Position numbers and translations under genes: made by a program. From the NCBI GenBank assembly GCA_963797545.1, contig CAWCPU010000010.1:61732-125731 (forward strand): a DNA stretch of 64,000 nt, given 5' to 3'. This document shows positions 37,617-46,999 of this stretch, piece by piece; position 1 is the stretch's first letter, and every line of letters starts with the position of its first letter. The notes beneath the pieces are model-generated. The model was not told the origin of the DNA. It did no database searches and saw nothing but the letters and a program-made list of their open reading frames with translations. This DNA comes from an uncultured delta proteobacterium (GTDB taxonomy: Bacteria > Desulfobacterota > Binatia > UTPRO1).

Positions 37617-38837
37617 ATGAGCGCTCCCGCGCCCCGTCCGTTCCGTCCTCTCGTCGCGATCGTCTGCGCCTTGTTGCTCGCGCTGCAGTGGGCGGTGCTT
37701 CGCGGCATCGGCGCGACCTTCGCCCCGCACTGGACGGCCCTGCTCGCCGGCGCCGGGATCTTCGGCGCAGCGTTCCTCCTGTCGTGGGGAGCCGAGGTCG
37801 CGCAGCTCGACGTGCCGCAGGCGCTCGCGCTCGCGTTCCTCGCGCTCGTCGCCGTCCTTCCGGAGTACACCGTCGACATCTATTTCGCGTGGCAAGCCGG
37901 CAAGAATCCGACGTACACCGCGTTCGCGACCGCCAACATGACGGGCGCGAACCGGCTGCTGATCGGGGTCGGGTGGGCCAGCGTCGTCTTCGCGGTGTGG
38001 CTGAAGACGCGTCGGCGCGGCATCTCGATCACGCGCGATCACGGCGTCGAGCTGTTCTATCTGCTGCTTGCAACTGCGTACTCGTTCGTCCTGCCGGCGA
38101 AAGCGACGCTCTCGATCCTCGACACGATCGTCCTGTTGACGATCTTCGTGTTCTACGCGCTGACCGCGGCGCGGGCACACGTGGTCGAGCCGGAGCTCGA
38201 GGGCCCGTCGGAGCTGATCGCGACCCTCACGCCCACGCTGCGACGGCTGGCGACGCTCGGCCTCTTCCTCGTCGCCGGCGGCACGATCCTGCTCGCCGCC
38301 GAGCCGTTCGCCGAGGGGCTACTCGAGTGCGGACGGCGATTCGGCATCGAGGAGTTCCTGTTGGTGCAGTGGCTCGCGCCGCTCGCCTCCGAGGCGCCCG
38401 AGTTCATCGTCGCGATCCTCTTCGCGGTACGCGGCAATGCGGGCGCCGCGATGGGCACGTTGATCTCGTCGAAGGTCAACCAGTGGACGCTCTTGATCGG
38501 CATGCTGCCGCTCGCCTACGGCGTATCGGCCGGCCACCTCGGCGCGCCGATGCATCTCGACAGCCGCCAGGTCGAGGAGATCCTGCTCACCGCGGCACAG
38601 TCCCTGTTCGCGGTGATCATCTTGGCGGACTTTCGCTTCTCGCTCCTGGACGGGACGGTCCTCTTCGTGTTGTTCAGCACGCAGCTGCTCTCGACCGATC
38701 CCGTGTTCCGCTACTGGTACAGCTTTCTCTACCTGGTCCTGGCCGCGGCGTTCGTGCTCTTTCGTTCGAACGTGCGCCATTCGCTCTGGGAGCTGTTGCG
38801 CCGAGCCCCCCGCGGCGAGCTCGTGCCGCCGGCGTGA
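37617..38837 (+). CDS. Na+/Ca2+ exchanger (CaCA) family antiporter
   Basis: Multi-TM; [17 protein letters not shown] and [21 protein letters not shown] alpha-repeats. Confidence 0.8.
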   Translation: MSAPAPRPFRPLVAIVCALLLALQWAVLRGIGATFAPHWTALLAGAGIFGAAFLLSWGAEVAQLDVPQALALAFLALVAVLPEYTVDIYFAWQAGKNPTYTAFATANMTGANRLLIGVGWASVVFAVWLKTRRRGISITRDHGVELFYLLLATAYSFVLPAKATLSILDTIVLLTIFVFYALTAARAHVVEPELEGPSELIATLTPTLRRLATLGLFLVAGGTILLAAEPFAEGLLECGRRFGIEEFLLVQWLAPLASEAPEFIVAILFAVRGNAGAAMGTLISSKVNQWTLLIGMLPLAYGVSAGHLGAPMHLDSRQVEEILLTAAQSLFAVIILADFRFSLLDGTVLFVLFSTQLLSTDPVFRYWYSFLYLVLAAAFVLFRSNVRHSLWELLRRAPRGELVPPA

Positions 38838-38972
38838 CGGGACGACGCCTCCTGCATACCGGTCCGACGCCGGGCTGAACCGGTCGTCGCCATCGCGGGC
38901 GACCGGGGCCGCCCGCAGACGATCGCCTCCGGGCTCACTGCATGGTCCGTCGTCGCCGCCGGGTCGGCGGCG

Positions 38973-39221
38973 TCAGGTGCTCGCGAGGAGCTCGAGGAGC
39001 GTTGCCGGGTCGTCCGGTTCCTCGTGATCGCCGAGCGCGATCATGATGTCGGTGTGCGAGCGGTCCTCGCCGTTCCACTCGGCGAGGATTCGCCACGCTC
39101 CGCCGCGCTCCCGCGCGAAGAGATGGACCTGGCGCCCTTCGCTGAGACCGATCGCGGCGCGGCCGCTCGGCGTCATGCAGAAGAGCACGTAGCCCGCCTT
39201 CTTGCTGGTCACGAAGTACAT
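38973..39221 (-). CDS. Hypothetical protein (82 aa)
   Basis: ATG start, codon usage matches the genome, in line with moaA and the upstream hypothetical. Confidence 0.6.
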   Translation of the reverse strand: MYFVTSKKAGYVLFCMTPSGRAAIGLSEGRQVHLFARERGGAWRILAEWNGEDRSHTDIMIALGDHEEPDDPATLLELLAST

Positions 39222-39252
39222 CGAGGATGTCCGGACGTCGTCGAAGCCATCG

Positions 39253-39948
39253 TCACTGTTGGGCGCAGATGCCGAGCGTCCCGAATCGCACCGCCCGCGA
39301 GTACCCGAGCACGTGCAGTCCGGCCGGGCCGAACTCGCCGGCGGTGACGTAGCCGCCGTCGGCCGTCGGCGTGTCCGACCAATCCCATGCGCGTGCGAGC
39401 AGGCGGACGCCCTGCGCGCGCTCGAACATCACGGTGTCGTACACCATCTCGATTCCGCTGCGGCGGTGCAGGCGCGACTCCAAGCCGATGCTCTCGGCGT
39501 AACGGGCGAGCGCCGCGTCCTGAAGGTCGTAGCTCAAATTGCACGTGCTGGGGATCGGTTCGCGTTGCACGAGACGCCATTCGAGCCGGCAGGTCGCGGT
39601 CGCCGCGAACGGCTCCTGGTCGAGCGTCCACTCGTCCTTGAGGAGATATCCGACTCCCTGGAAGAGCTTCGGCTGGATCGCCTCCGGGAAGCGCTCGCGC
39701 AGCCGAAGGACCGTGAGGGGGGCGGCGCCGTCGGTCGGCACGCGAAACACCAGCAACTCGCCACGTCCGTGCGCCGCCTCCAAGATCTCGATCGCGTAGG
39801 GGACCTCATCCAGAAGATGCGGCGCCTCCGCGGCGAGGGCGACCGGATCGACGTCGAGGGCTCGGCCGACGTCGGCGGGGGTCAGGGCGTCGCCGCCGAA
39901 CAGCGCCAGCGCGCGGTCGAGCGGCGTGTGCGCGTGCCCGAGCGTCAT
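39253..39948 (-). CDS. Hypothetical protein (231 aa)
   Basis: ATG overlaps the moaA stop (TGATG); C-terminus WDWSDT..DGGYVTAGEFG..GLHV..RFGTLG. Confidence 0.65.
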   Translation of the reverse strand: MTLGHAHTPLDRALALFGGDALTPADVGRALDVDPVALAAEAPHLLDEVPYAIEILEAAHGRGELLVFRVPTDGAAPLTVLRLRERFPEAIQPKLFQGVGYLLKDEWTLDQEPFAATATCRLEWRLVQREPIPSTCNLSYDLQDAALARYAESIGLESRLHRRSGIEMVYDTVMFERAQGVRLLARAWDWSDTPTADGGYVTAGEFGPAGLHVLGYSRAVRFGTLGICAQQ

Positions 39949-40934
39949 CAGCCGCCGAGCTCGAACATCTCGCGCCGCTCGATCGTACGACCTTCGGCGA
40001 GGTGATGTCCGACGGGTTTCGCGCCGACCGCGCGCAGGAGCACGGCGGCGACCGCTTCCTCACCGCCGCTGCGTAGCGCGCCGCGGACGTCCAGCTCGGC
40101 GTCGTTCAGAAGACAGAGGTGAAAGCGGCCGGCGGCGGTGAGGCGCATCCGATTGCAGCTGCCGCAGTACGGCTCGCTCACGGGACTGATGAATCCGACG
40201 ACGCCCGCGGCGCCGCTCAGGCGATAGTTCCGGGACTCGTCGGCCTCGTCGTGGCGCGGCAACGGCGACAGGGGGCCGAGCGCGCCCTCGATGCGCGCGC
40301 GCGTCTCGGCGGTCGGGACGAAGCCGCCGCGCGCGAGCGCAGCGGGCTCGCCCGTACCGAGCGGCATGAGCTCGATGAACCGGACGTGCCACCGGCGATC
40401 GCGGGTGAGCGCGGCGAGGTCGACGACGTCCTCGTCGTTGAAGCCGCGCGCCACGACGGCATTGAGCTTGATCGGCGTGAGGCCCGCGGCTTCCGCCGCC
40501 ATGATGCCGGCCCAGATCTCGGCGAGCGTGCCGAAACGCATCACCCGCGTCAGCCGATCGGGATGGAGGGTGTCGACGTGAATGTTGATGCGGCGGAGCC
40601 CGGCGGCGGCAAGCGGCATCGCGAGTCGCGGCAACAAGATGCCGTTGGTCGTGAGCGCGAGGTCGTCGACACCGGAGATCGCGGCGAGACGCGCCACGAT
40701 CTCGATCAGCTCCGGCCGCAGGGTCGGCTCGCCGCCCGTGAGACGGATCTTCCGAAACCCCGTGGCGACGGCGGCACGCGCCACGATCTCGATCTCGTCG
40801 GGTGTGAGCAGGTCGTCGTGCCGCAGGAAGGTCATGCCCTCGAGCGGCATGCAGTAGACGCAGCGGAGATTGCAATGATCGATGAGCGAGATCCGCAGGT
40901 AGTCGATTTCTCGCCCGAAACGGTCGCGCGGCAC
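39948..40934 (-). CDS. moaA: GTP 3',8-cyclase
   Basis: DRFGREIDYLRISLIDHCNLRCVYCMP, RLTGGEPTL, LTTNG, GFISPVSEPYCGSCNRMRL, C-terminal GG. Confidence 0.94.
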   Translation of the reverse strand: MPRDRFGREIDYLRISLIDHCNLRCVYCMPLEGMTFLRHDDLLTPDEIEIVARAAVATGFRKIRLTGGEPTLRPELIEIVARLAAISGVDDLALTTNGILLPRLAMPLAAAGLRRINIHVDTLHPDRLTRVMRFGTLAEIWAGIMAAEAAGLTPIKLNAVVARGFNDEDVVDLAALTRDRRWHVRFIELMPLGTGEPAALARGGFVPTAETRARIEGALGPLSPLPRHDEADESRNYRLSGAAGVVGFISPVSEPYCGSCNRMRLTAAGRFHLCLLNDAELDVRGALRSGGEEAVAAVLLRAVGAKPVGHHLAEGRTIERREMFELGG

Positions 40935-40941
40935 GGCGCGG

Positions 40942-40970
40942 ATTGTCTCGGTCGCTCCGAGGCCTGTCAA
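40942..40970 (-). promoter_or_regulatory. sigma70 promoter of moaA, probably leaderless
   Basis: TTGACA-N17-GACAAT, then 7 nt, then GTG 40934. Confidence 0.55.
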
Positions 40971-41053
40971 GGACGAGACCGCGCCGTCAGGCCACCGTCG
41001 GAGTCCGCGCCGGCGGACTGGCAGTGCGCGCGCGTGCGTCGCGCGCCACCGGC

Positions 41054-42059
41054 TCAGAGGCGGCGCTCCTCGATCTCGGTGACGATACCGTCGAGCGCTT
41101 GGCGATAGGCCGAGTACGGGAGGTTCGCGAGCACGGCGCGCGCACGCTCGGAGTACTCCTCGGCGAGTCGGCGCACCGTCGCGAGCACGTCGAGCCGCCG
41201 GACGCGCGCCAGCGCTGCCGCGATCTCGGAGGACGTCGGCTCCGGCTCCGTGAACACGCGGCATACCTCGGCGTCCTCGGCGATCGCGAGCACCAGCGGC
41301 AACGACGGATTGCCGTCGCGGAGGTCGATGCCGACCGGCTTGCCGGTGACGTCCTCGTCGCCTTCGACGTCGAGCAGGTCGTCGACGATCTGGAACGCCA
41401 TGCCGATGTTGAATCCGCAGGTCCACATCGCCTGCGTGGCCTCCGCGGACATGCCGGCGAGGTGCGCGGCGACGCGCGCGCCCTGCGAGAACAGCGACGC
41501 CGTCTTGCGGGCGATGATCTCGAGGTAGTCGTCGACGGTCACCGCGGGATTGCGCCGGAACCGTCCCTGCATCACCTCGCCTTCGGTGAGGCTGATGCAG
41601 GCGTCGGCCGCCCACCTGACGATGCCTTCCTCGAAACGACCACAGAGCTCGAACGCCTTGCTGAAGAGGAAGTCGCCGGTGACGAGGGTGTCGGCGAGCC
41701 CGAAACGACTGAAGGCGGAGCGCCGGCCGCGCCGCGTCTCGCCGCCGTCGATGATGTCGTCGTGCAGCAGCGTCGCCGAGTGGATGAGCTCGAGCGCGAC
41801 CGCGACGTCGATCATGTCCGGTGAGATCGTCGCCGCCGCACGCCTTGAAGACGAGCAACGCGACGGCGGGGCGAATGCGCTTGCCGCCGCCGACGACGAG
41901 GTACTGGGCGATCTCGGTGACCAGCGGCTCGCGCGATACCAACAGCCGCGCGAGCTGCGCCTCGACGCGGGCGAGATCCGGTGCGATCAGATCGAGCGCG
42001 GCCCCGCCGTTGGCGCGAAACGACGTGCTCCGGTCGATCGGATCATGCGAATCGCTCAA
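41054..42059 (-). CDS. ispB: Polyprenyl-diphosphate synthase (IspB-like); one apparent +1 frameshift near 41819
   Basis: GGKRIRP, LELIHSATLLHDDIID..RRG, KTASLF, FQIVDDLLD..GKPVGIDLRDG; removing one base gives 1005 nt. Confidence 0.85.
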
Positions 42060-42165
42060 TCCTGCGTCCTTCCTGATGATGCCGATGGTGGGGCGCGCGT
42101 CAGCTAACGGTAATCAAATCGCATTGTCAAGGCGAAGTCAGCAAAACGCATGATGGAACGGCGCG

Positions 42166-42194
42166 TTGCATTCGGAGCCAGCCGCCACTAGCGT
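42166..42194 (+). promoter_or_regulatory. sigma70 promoter upstream of mrp
   Basis: TTGCAT-N17-TAGCGT, 10 nt before ATG 42205, no SD. Confidence 0.45.
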
Positions 42195-42204
42195 TGGCCG
42201 CTGC

Positions 42205-43278
42205 ATGGGACGCCTCGAAGACGTTCACGCGTGCCTCGCACGCGTCCGCTACCCCGGCTATCAGCGCGACGTCGTCTCCTTCGGAATGGTGCGCGACGTC
42301 GAGGTGCGCGAGGGGTGCGCGATCGTGCTCCTCGACGCCGCGAGCGGCGACGCGGCGGTCCTCGACGAGCTGCGGACGCGGATCGCGCGCGAGCTCGCGT
42401 CGGTCGCGGGGATCACCGCCGTGGACGTGCGGCTCGTCGGCGCCGATGCCGCACGGGCGGCCGCGCGCAATCCGTTCGATGAAACGGCGCCGCTTCCCGG
42501 GGTGCGCGACATCGTCGCCGTCGCGAGCGGCAAAGGCGGCGTCGGCAAGTCGACGGTCGCCGTGAACCTCGCGCTGGCCTTCGGTCGGCGCGGCGTGCGC
42601 ACCGGCCTCCTCGACGCCGACATCTACGGTCCGAGCGTTCCGCTGATGATGGGCGTGCCCGACGCTCGCCCGCGCATGACCGAAGGCAAGAAGATCTTTC
42701 CGATCGAGCAGCATGGGATTCGCCTGATCTCGATGGGCTTCTTCCTCGACGACCGCTCGCCGGTGATCTGGCGCGGGCCGATGGTGATGAGCATCGTGCG
42801 GCAGTTCCTGCTGGACGTCGTCTGGGGCGAGCTCGACGTGCTCGTGGTCGATCTCCCGCCCGGGACGGGCGACGCGCAGCTCACGCTCCTCCAGCAGGTC
42901 CCGGTCGCGGGCGGCGTCATCGTCACCACCCCGCAGGACGTCGCGCTCCAGGACGTCAAGCGCGGCATCGCGATGTTCCAGACCGTCAACGCGCCGGTGT
43001 TCGGCATCGTCGAGAACATGAGCGTTTTCGTCTGCCCGGAGTGCGGCACGCGCGACGACGTCTTCGGACACGGCGGCGGCGCCCGCGAGGCGGCGGAGCT
43101 CGGCATCCCGCTCCTCGGTGAGATTCCGCTCGTCGAGACGCTGCGCGCGAGCATGGACTCGGGCATGCCGCTCGTCGTCGCGAGTCCGGAGCACGACGTT
43201 GCGCGGCGCTTCGACGACGTCGCGACGCGGGTCCTCGGCATGCTCGAGTCGGCGCGAGACGATACGCGGTCACCCTGA
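42205..43278 (+). CDS. mrp: Mrp/NBP35 Fe-S cluster carrier ATPase
   Basis: N-terminal FeS_assembly_P-like region, [39 protein letters not shown]. Confidence 0.93.
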   Translation: MGRLEDVHACLARVRYPGYQRDVVSFGMVRDVEVREGCAIVLLDAASGDAAVLDELRTRIARELASVAGITAVDVRLVGADAARAAARNPFDETAPLPGVRDIVAVASGKGGVGKSTVAVNLALAFGRRGVRTGLLDADIYGPSVPLMMGVPDARPRMTEGKKIFPIEQHGIRLISMGFFLDDRSPVIWRGPMVMSIVRQFLLDVVWGELDVLVVDLPPGTGDAQLTLLQQVPVAGGVIVTTPQDVALQDVKRGIAMFQTVNAPVFGIVENMSVFVCPECGTRDDVFGHGGGAREAAELGIPLLGEIPLVETLRASMDSGMPLVVASPEHDVARRFDDVATRVLGMLESARDDTRSP

Positions 43279-43345
43279 CGCGAACGAGTCTTTACGCTGT
43301 TTCCGGCCCATGTTACCGATGGGCGCTTCGAGAAGGAGAGTCGGG

Positions 43346-43678
43346 ATGTCGACCATGATCACCGAGGAGTGCATCAACTGCGGGGCGTGCGAGCCCGAGT
43401 GCCCGAACACCGCGATCTACGAGGGCGGGGCGCCATGGGAGAACGAAGGCGAGACCCACGGCGCGATCATGACCGACATCTATTACATCGTCCCGATCAA
43501 GTGCACGGAATGCGTGGGGTTCTTCGATCAGGAGCAATGCGCCGCGGTTTGTCCGGTCGATTGCTGTGTGCCGAATCCCGATGATCCCGAGTCGGAAGAG
43601 CAGCTGATCGAAAAGGCACGGCACATCCACCCTGATCGCGAGTTCGGCGCCGCGTTTCCTTCCCGCTTCAGGAAGTAG
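43346..43678 (+). CDS. YfhL-family 4Fe-4S dicluster ferredoxin
   Basis: [34 protein letters not shown]; AAGGAG RBS. Confidence 0.9.
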   Translation: MSTMITEECINCGACEPECPNTAIYEGGAPWENEGETHGAIMTDIYYIVPIKCTECVGFFDQEQCAAVCPVDCCVPNPDDPESEEQLIEKARHIHPDREFGAAFPSRFRK

Positions 43679-43838
43679 CGCCGCTTCGGGGACCGAGCCG
43701 GCGGTCGCTGCTCCGGGGAATGGCGCCGGTCGCGACCTCGGCGGGCGTTCATCGCCGCTATCGGTGCGCCTTGCCGGTCGTCGTTCTGCGTCGCGCCCGC
43801 GTGGCGCGCTCTTTCCCTGACCGGCCCTTGACCGACTC

Positions 43839-43867
43839 TTTACAAACAGGAGGGTGTTCAATATAAC
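43839..43867 (+). promoter_or_regulatory. sigma70 promoter of the ino1 operon
   Basis: TTTACA-N17-TATAAC in an AT-rich patch. Confidence 0.6.
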
Positions 43868-43965
43868 GCGCATTTCGTTCGTTATTTCGTGACCTTGTAA
43901 CGATCGGCTCGTGCGGGTCGCAGTGAGGGACGCGAGTCGACGAACTGGTGGCAGGGGAAGAGGCT

Positions 43966-45069
43966 ATGACGAAGATCCGGGTCGGCATCGTCGGGGTTGG
44001 CAACTGCGCGAGCAGCCTCATTCAAGGCATCGAGTATTACCGGAACCGGAACGGTGCTGCCCACACGGAGCACACCGGCCTGATGCATTACGATCTCGGC
44101 GGGTATCGGCCCGAGGACATCGAGATCGCCTGTGCGTTCGACATCGACGAGCGCAAGGTCGGTGAGCCGCTCCAGCGCGCCGTCTTTGCGAAGCCGAACA
44201 AGGCGATCGACATCTGGCGGGAGCTCCCCGAGTACGGCGTCACCGTCGAGATGGGACCGGTGCTCGACGGCGTCTCGGAGCACATGGCCGATTACCCGGA
44301 CGACGAGACGTTCGTGCCGGCGAAAAAGCCCGCGGTCGACGTCGCCGCGGTGCTGAAGCGGACGCGCACCGAGGTGCTGATCAGCTATCTGCCGGTGGGG
44401 AGCCAGCGCGCGGCCGAGCATTATGCTTCGGCCTGTCTCGAGACCGGGACGAGTCTCGTGAACTGCATGCCGGTCTTCCTGGTCTCGGACCCCGGCTGGG
44501 CCGAGCGCTTCGCGACGCGCGGCATCCCTGTGGTCGGCGACGACATCAAATCGCAGCTCGGCGCGACCATCGTCCACCGCACGCTCGCAAAGCTCTTCGC
44601 CGACCGCGGCATCAAGCTCGAGCGCACCTACCAGCTGAACACCGGCGGCAACACCGATTTCCTGAACATGCTGAACCGCAGCCGTCTCGGCTCGAAGAAG
44701 GTGTCGAAGACCGAGGCCGTCCAGGCGGTCCTGCCGGAGCGGTTGCCGGCGCGTGACGTGCACATCGGCCCCAGCGACTACGTTCCCTGGCAGGGCGACA
44801 ACAAGATCTGCTTCCTCCGCATCGAAGGCCGCGCCTTCGGCAGCGTGCCGATGGAGCTCGAGCTGCGGCTTTCGGTGCAGGACAGTCCGAACTCGGCCGG
44901 AGTCGCGATCGATGCGGTGCGATGCTGCCGCCTCGCGCGCGATCGTCAGGTAGGCGGCCCGCTTCGCAGCGTCTCCGCGTATCTGATGAAGCATCCGCCG
45001 ACCCAGATCACCGACGACCTCGCGCGCGATCTGGTCGAGAAATTCATTCGCGGAGAGATCGATCACTGA
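43966..45069 (+). CDS. ino1: myo-Inositol-1-phosphate synthase
   Basis: IVGVGNCASSL, SYLPVGS, GDDIKSQLGAT, YQLNTGGNTDFLNM, SKKVSKT, DSPNSAG, MKHPP. Confidence 0.94.
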   Translation: MTKIRVGIVGVGNCASSLIQGIEYYRNRNGAAHTEHTGLMHYDLGGYRPEDIEIACAFDIDERKVGEPLQRAVFAKPNKAIDIWRELPEYGVTVEMGPVLDGVSEHMADYPDDETFVPAKKPAVDVAAVLKRTRTEVLISYLPVGSQRAAEHYASACLETGTSLVNCMPVFLVSDPGWAERFATRGIPVVGDDIKSQLGATIVHRTLAKLFADRGIKLERTYQLNTGGNTDFLNMLNRSRLGSKKVSKTEAVQAVLPERLPARDVHIGPSDYVPWQGDNKICFLRIEGRAFGSVPMELELRLSVQDSPNSAGVAIDAVRCCRLARDRQVGGPLRSVSAYLMKHPPTQITDDLARDLVEKFIRGEIDH

Positions 45070-45090
45070 CCGCCGGTAGACGCCGCGGTC

Positions 45091-45819
45091 ATGTGCCATC
45101 CCTGGCTCGCCGCGGGCGTGATCTGCTTCATCGTCGGTCAGCTGGTCCGCGAGCTCGGTCCGATCGTCGCGCGTCACGGCTGGGGTGCCGATGAGACGTC
45201 GAGCGGCTTTCTCGGCGGCGGCGTACGTACGTGGTTCCGCGACCGCGTCGAGCCGCTCGTCGACGCGCTGCTTCGCGCCGGCGTGACACCGAACGGCGTG
45301 ACGGGCTGGCAGCTCGCGGGCAGCGTCGTCTGCGGCCTCGCGTACGCGGCGGGCTGGATCTTCACCGCGGGATGGCTCCTGATCGCGACCGGCACGCTCG
45401 ACGTCCTCGACGGCGCGATGGCGCGGCGCCGCGGCGACGCGACCCCGCGCGGCGCCTTCATGGATTCGGTCGTCGACCGCTACGGCGAGTGCGCCGTCTT
45501 CGCGGGTCTCGCGCTCTACTTCGCCGGCGGTCTCGCGCTCTGGCTGGTGCTGGCCGCGTGCTTCGGGGCCTTCATGGTCAGCTACACCCGCGCGCGGGCC
45601 GAGGGGCTCGGCGTCGAGTGCCGCGGCGGCGTGATGCAGCGCCCGGAGCGCTACGTCACGCTCGGCTTCGGCTCGATGGCGAGCGTTCTCGCAGCGAACC
45701 TCGTCTGCTCGCCCGCGCCGCGGCACGCGCTCTTGATCCTGACCGTCGTCGCCGTCGCGATTCTCGCCAACCTCACCGCGATCCAGCGCGCGATCTGGGT
45801 CGTGCGGCGGCTGCCGTGA
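45091..45819 (+). CDS. CDP-alcohol phosphatidyltransferase (phosphatidylinositol-phosphate synthase-like)
   Basis: TPNGVT, DVLDGAMARRRG..RGAFMDSVVDRYGE signature, VSYTRARAEG, QRPER; adjacent to ino1. Confidence 0.88.
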   Translation: MCHPWLAAGVICFIVGQLVRELGPIVARHGWGADETSSGFLGGGVRTWFRDRVEPLVDALLRAGVTPNGVTGWQLAGSVVCGLAYAAGWIFTAGWLLIATGTLDVLDGAMARRRGDATPRGAFMDSVVDRYGECAVFAGLALYFAGGLALWLVLAACFGAFMVSYTRARAEGLGVECRGGVMQRPERYVTLGFGSMASVLAANLVCSPAPRHALLILTVVAVAILANLTAIQRAIWVVRRLP

Positions 45820-45983
45820 CGTCCGCCAGCGCGCGCCGGCCGTATGGAGTCATCGGCGTGTTCCTCGTCCTCCTCGGAGCCGGCGTGATTCTCGACGATC
45901 AGCGCACCGGCTGGGGCTCGGGAGTCATCATCGCCGGTACGGCGTGTCTGGTCGCCGAGTGGCGGCAGGGACGCGAGGAGTGA
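45816..45983 (+). CDS. Small two-TM membrane protein (55 aa)
   Basis: GTGA overlap with the upstream stop; two hydrophobic segments; its stop sits in the RBS region of the next gene. Confidence 0.5.
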   Translation: MTSASARRPYGVIGVFLVLLGAGVILDDQRTGWGSGVIIAGTACLVAEWRQGREE

Positions 45984-45988
45984 CCGCG

Positions 45989-46999
45989 ATGGGGCGGTGG
46001 GGACGCATCGTGTTCGGCGTCGCGATCTCCGCGCTCGCGCTCTACCTCGCGCTGCCGCCGCGGGCGGAATGGTCGAGCGTGCGCGCGGCGTTCGCGCGCG
46101 TGCAGTACGGCTACCTGCTGCCGATCGCGCTGCTCTCGGCCTACAGCATCGTGGTCCGCTGCCAACGGTGGCAGATTTTGCTGCGGCCGGTGGGACGCGT
46201 GTCGTTCCTGCCGCTGTTCTCCGCGACCTGCATCGGCTTCTTCTGCAACATGGTGTTGCCGCTGCGCGTCGGCGAGGTCGTGCGGCCGGTGCTGCTCGCG
46301 CGGCGGACCGGCCTTCCCACGAGCAGCGTCCTCGGGTCCGTCTTGTTGGAGCGGCTCTGCGACATGCTGACGATCCTGCTCTTCCTCGGCATCGTCGTGC
46401 TGCTGGTGCCGGTCCCCGACACGATCCGCCGGAGCGGCGTGGTCTTCGTGGTGTTCGCCGCGGTCGCGGTGGCGCTCGTCGTCGCGCTGCAACGCCGTCA
46501 CCCAGTGGCGTTGCGCCTCACCGACCTCGTGTTCGGCCGGCTACCCGCTGCGCTGCGGGCGCGTGCCGAGACCGCCTTGCACGGCTTCATCGACGGGCTG
46601 CAGGGTGTCGGCGGCGGCACCCTGGTGTCGATCGCGCTGTGGTCGGTCTTCCTCTGGCTCGTGATCGCGTCCGTCTTCGCGCTCGGCTTCATCGCGTGCG
46701 GACTGCCGGTGCCGCTGGTGAGCGGCGGCCTCGCGCTGGTGACGGTCGTCGCCGGCGCGGTGTCGGCGCCGTCCGCGCCGGGATTCATCGGCACCTTTCA
46801 GGCAGGCTGCGTTCTCGCGCTCGCGCTCTTCGACGTCACCCGCGCCGATGCGATACCGTATGCCTTCGTGGTCTGGGCGGCACAGTGGCTGATGCAGATC
46901 GTCTTGGGCCTTGTGTTCCTGCTGCGAGAGAACATAAGCTTTCGCGACATCCAGGCCGTCGAAGCCACAACCACCGCGGCCGTGGAACCCGAACGATGA
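45989..46999 (+). CDS. UPF0104 / lysylphosphatidylglycerol synthase TM-domain (flippase-like) protein
   Basis: RCQRWQILL, NMVLPLRVGEVVRP, LLERLCD, APSAPGFIGTFQ. Confidence 0.82.
   Translation: MGRWGRIVFGVAISALALYLALPPRAEWSSVRAAFARVQYGYLLPIALLSAYSIVVRCQRWQILLRPVGRVSFLPLFSATCIGFFCNMVLPLRVGEVVRPVLLARRTGLPTSSVLGSVLLERLCDMLTILLFLGIVVLLVPVPDTIRRSGVVFVVFAAVAVALVVALQRRHPVALRLTDLVFGRLPAALRARAETALHGFIDGLQGVGGGTLVSIALWSVFLWLVIASVFALGFIACGLPVPLVSGGLALVTVVAGAVSAPSAPGFIGTFQAGCVLALALFDVTRADAIPYAFVVWAAQWLMQIVLGLVFLLRENISFRDIQAVEATTTAAVEPER

Noticed and set aside
39253-39400. Diversity-generating retroelement target (CLec-like C-terminus)
   Set aside because: No reverse transcriptase and no template-repeat copy seen in the window
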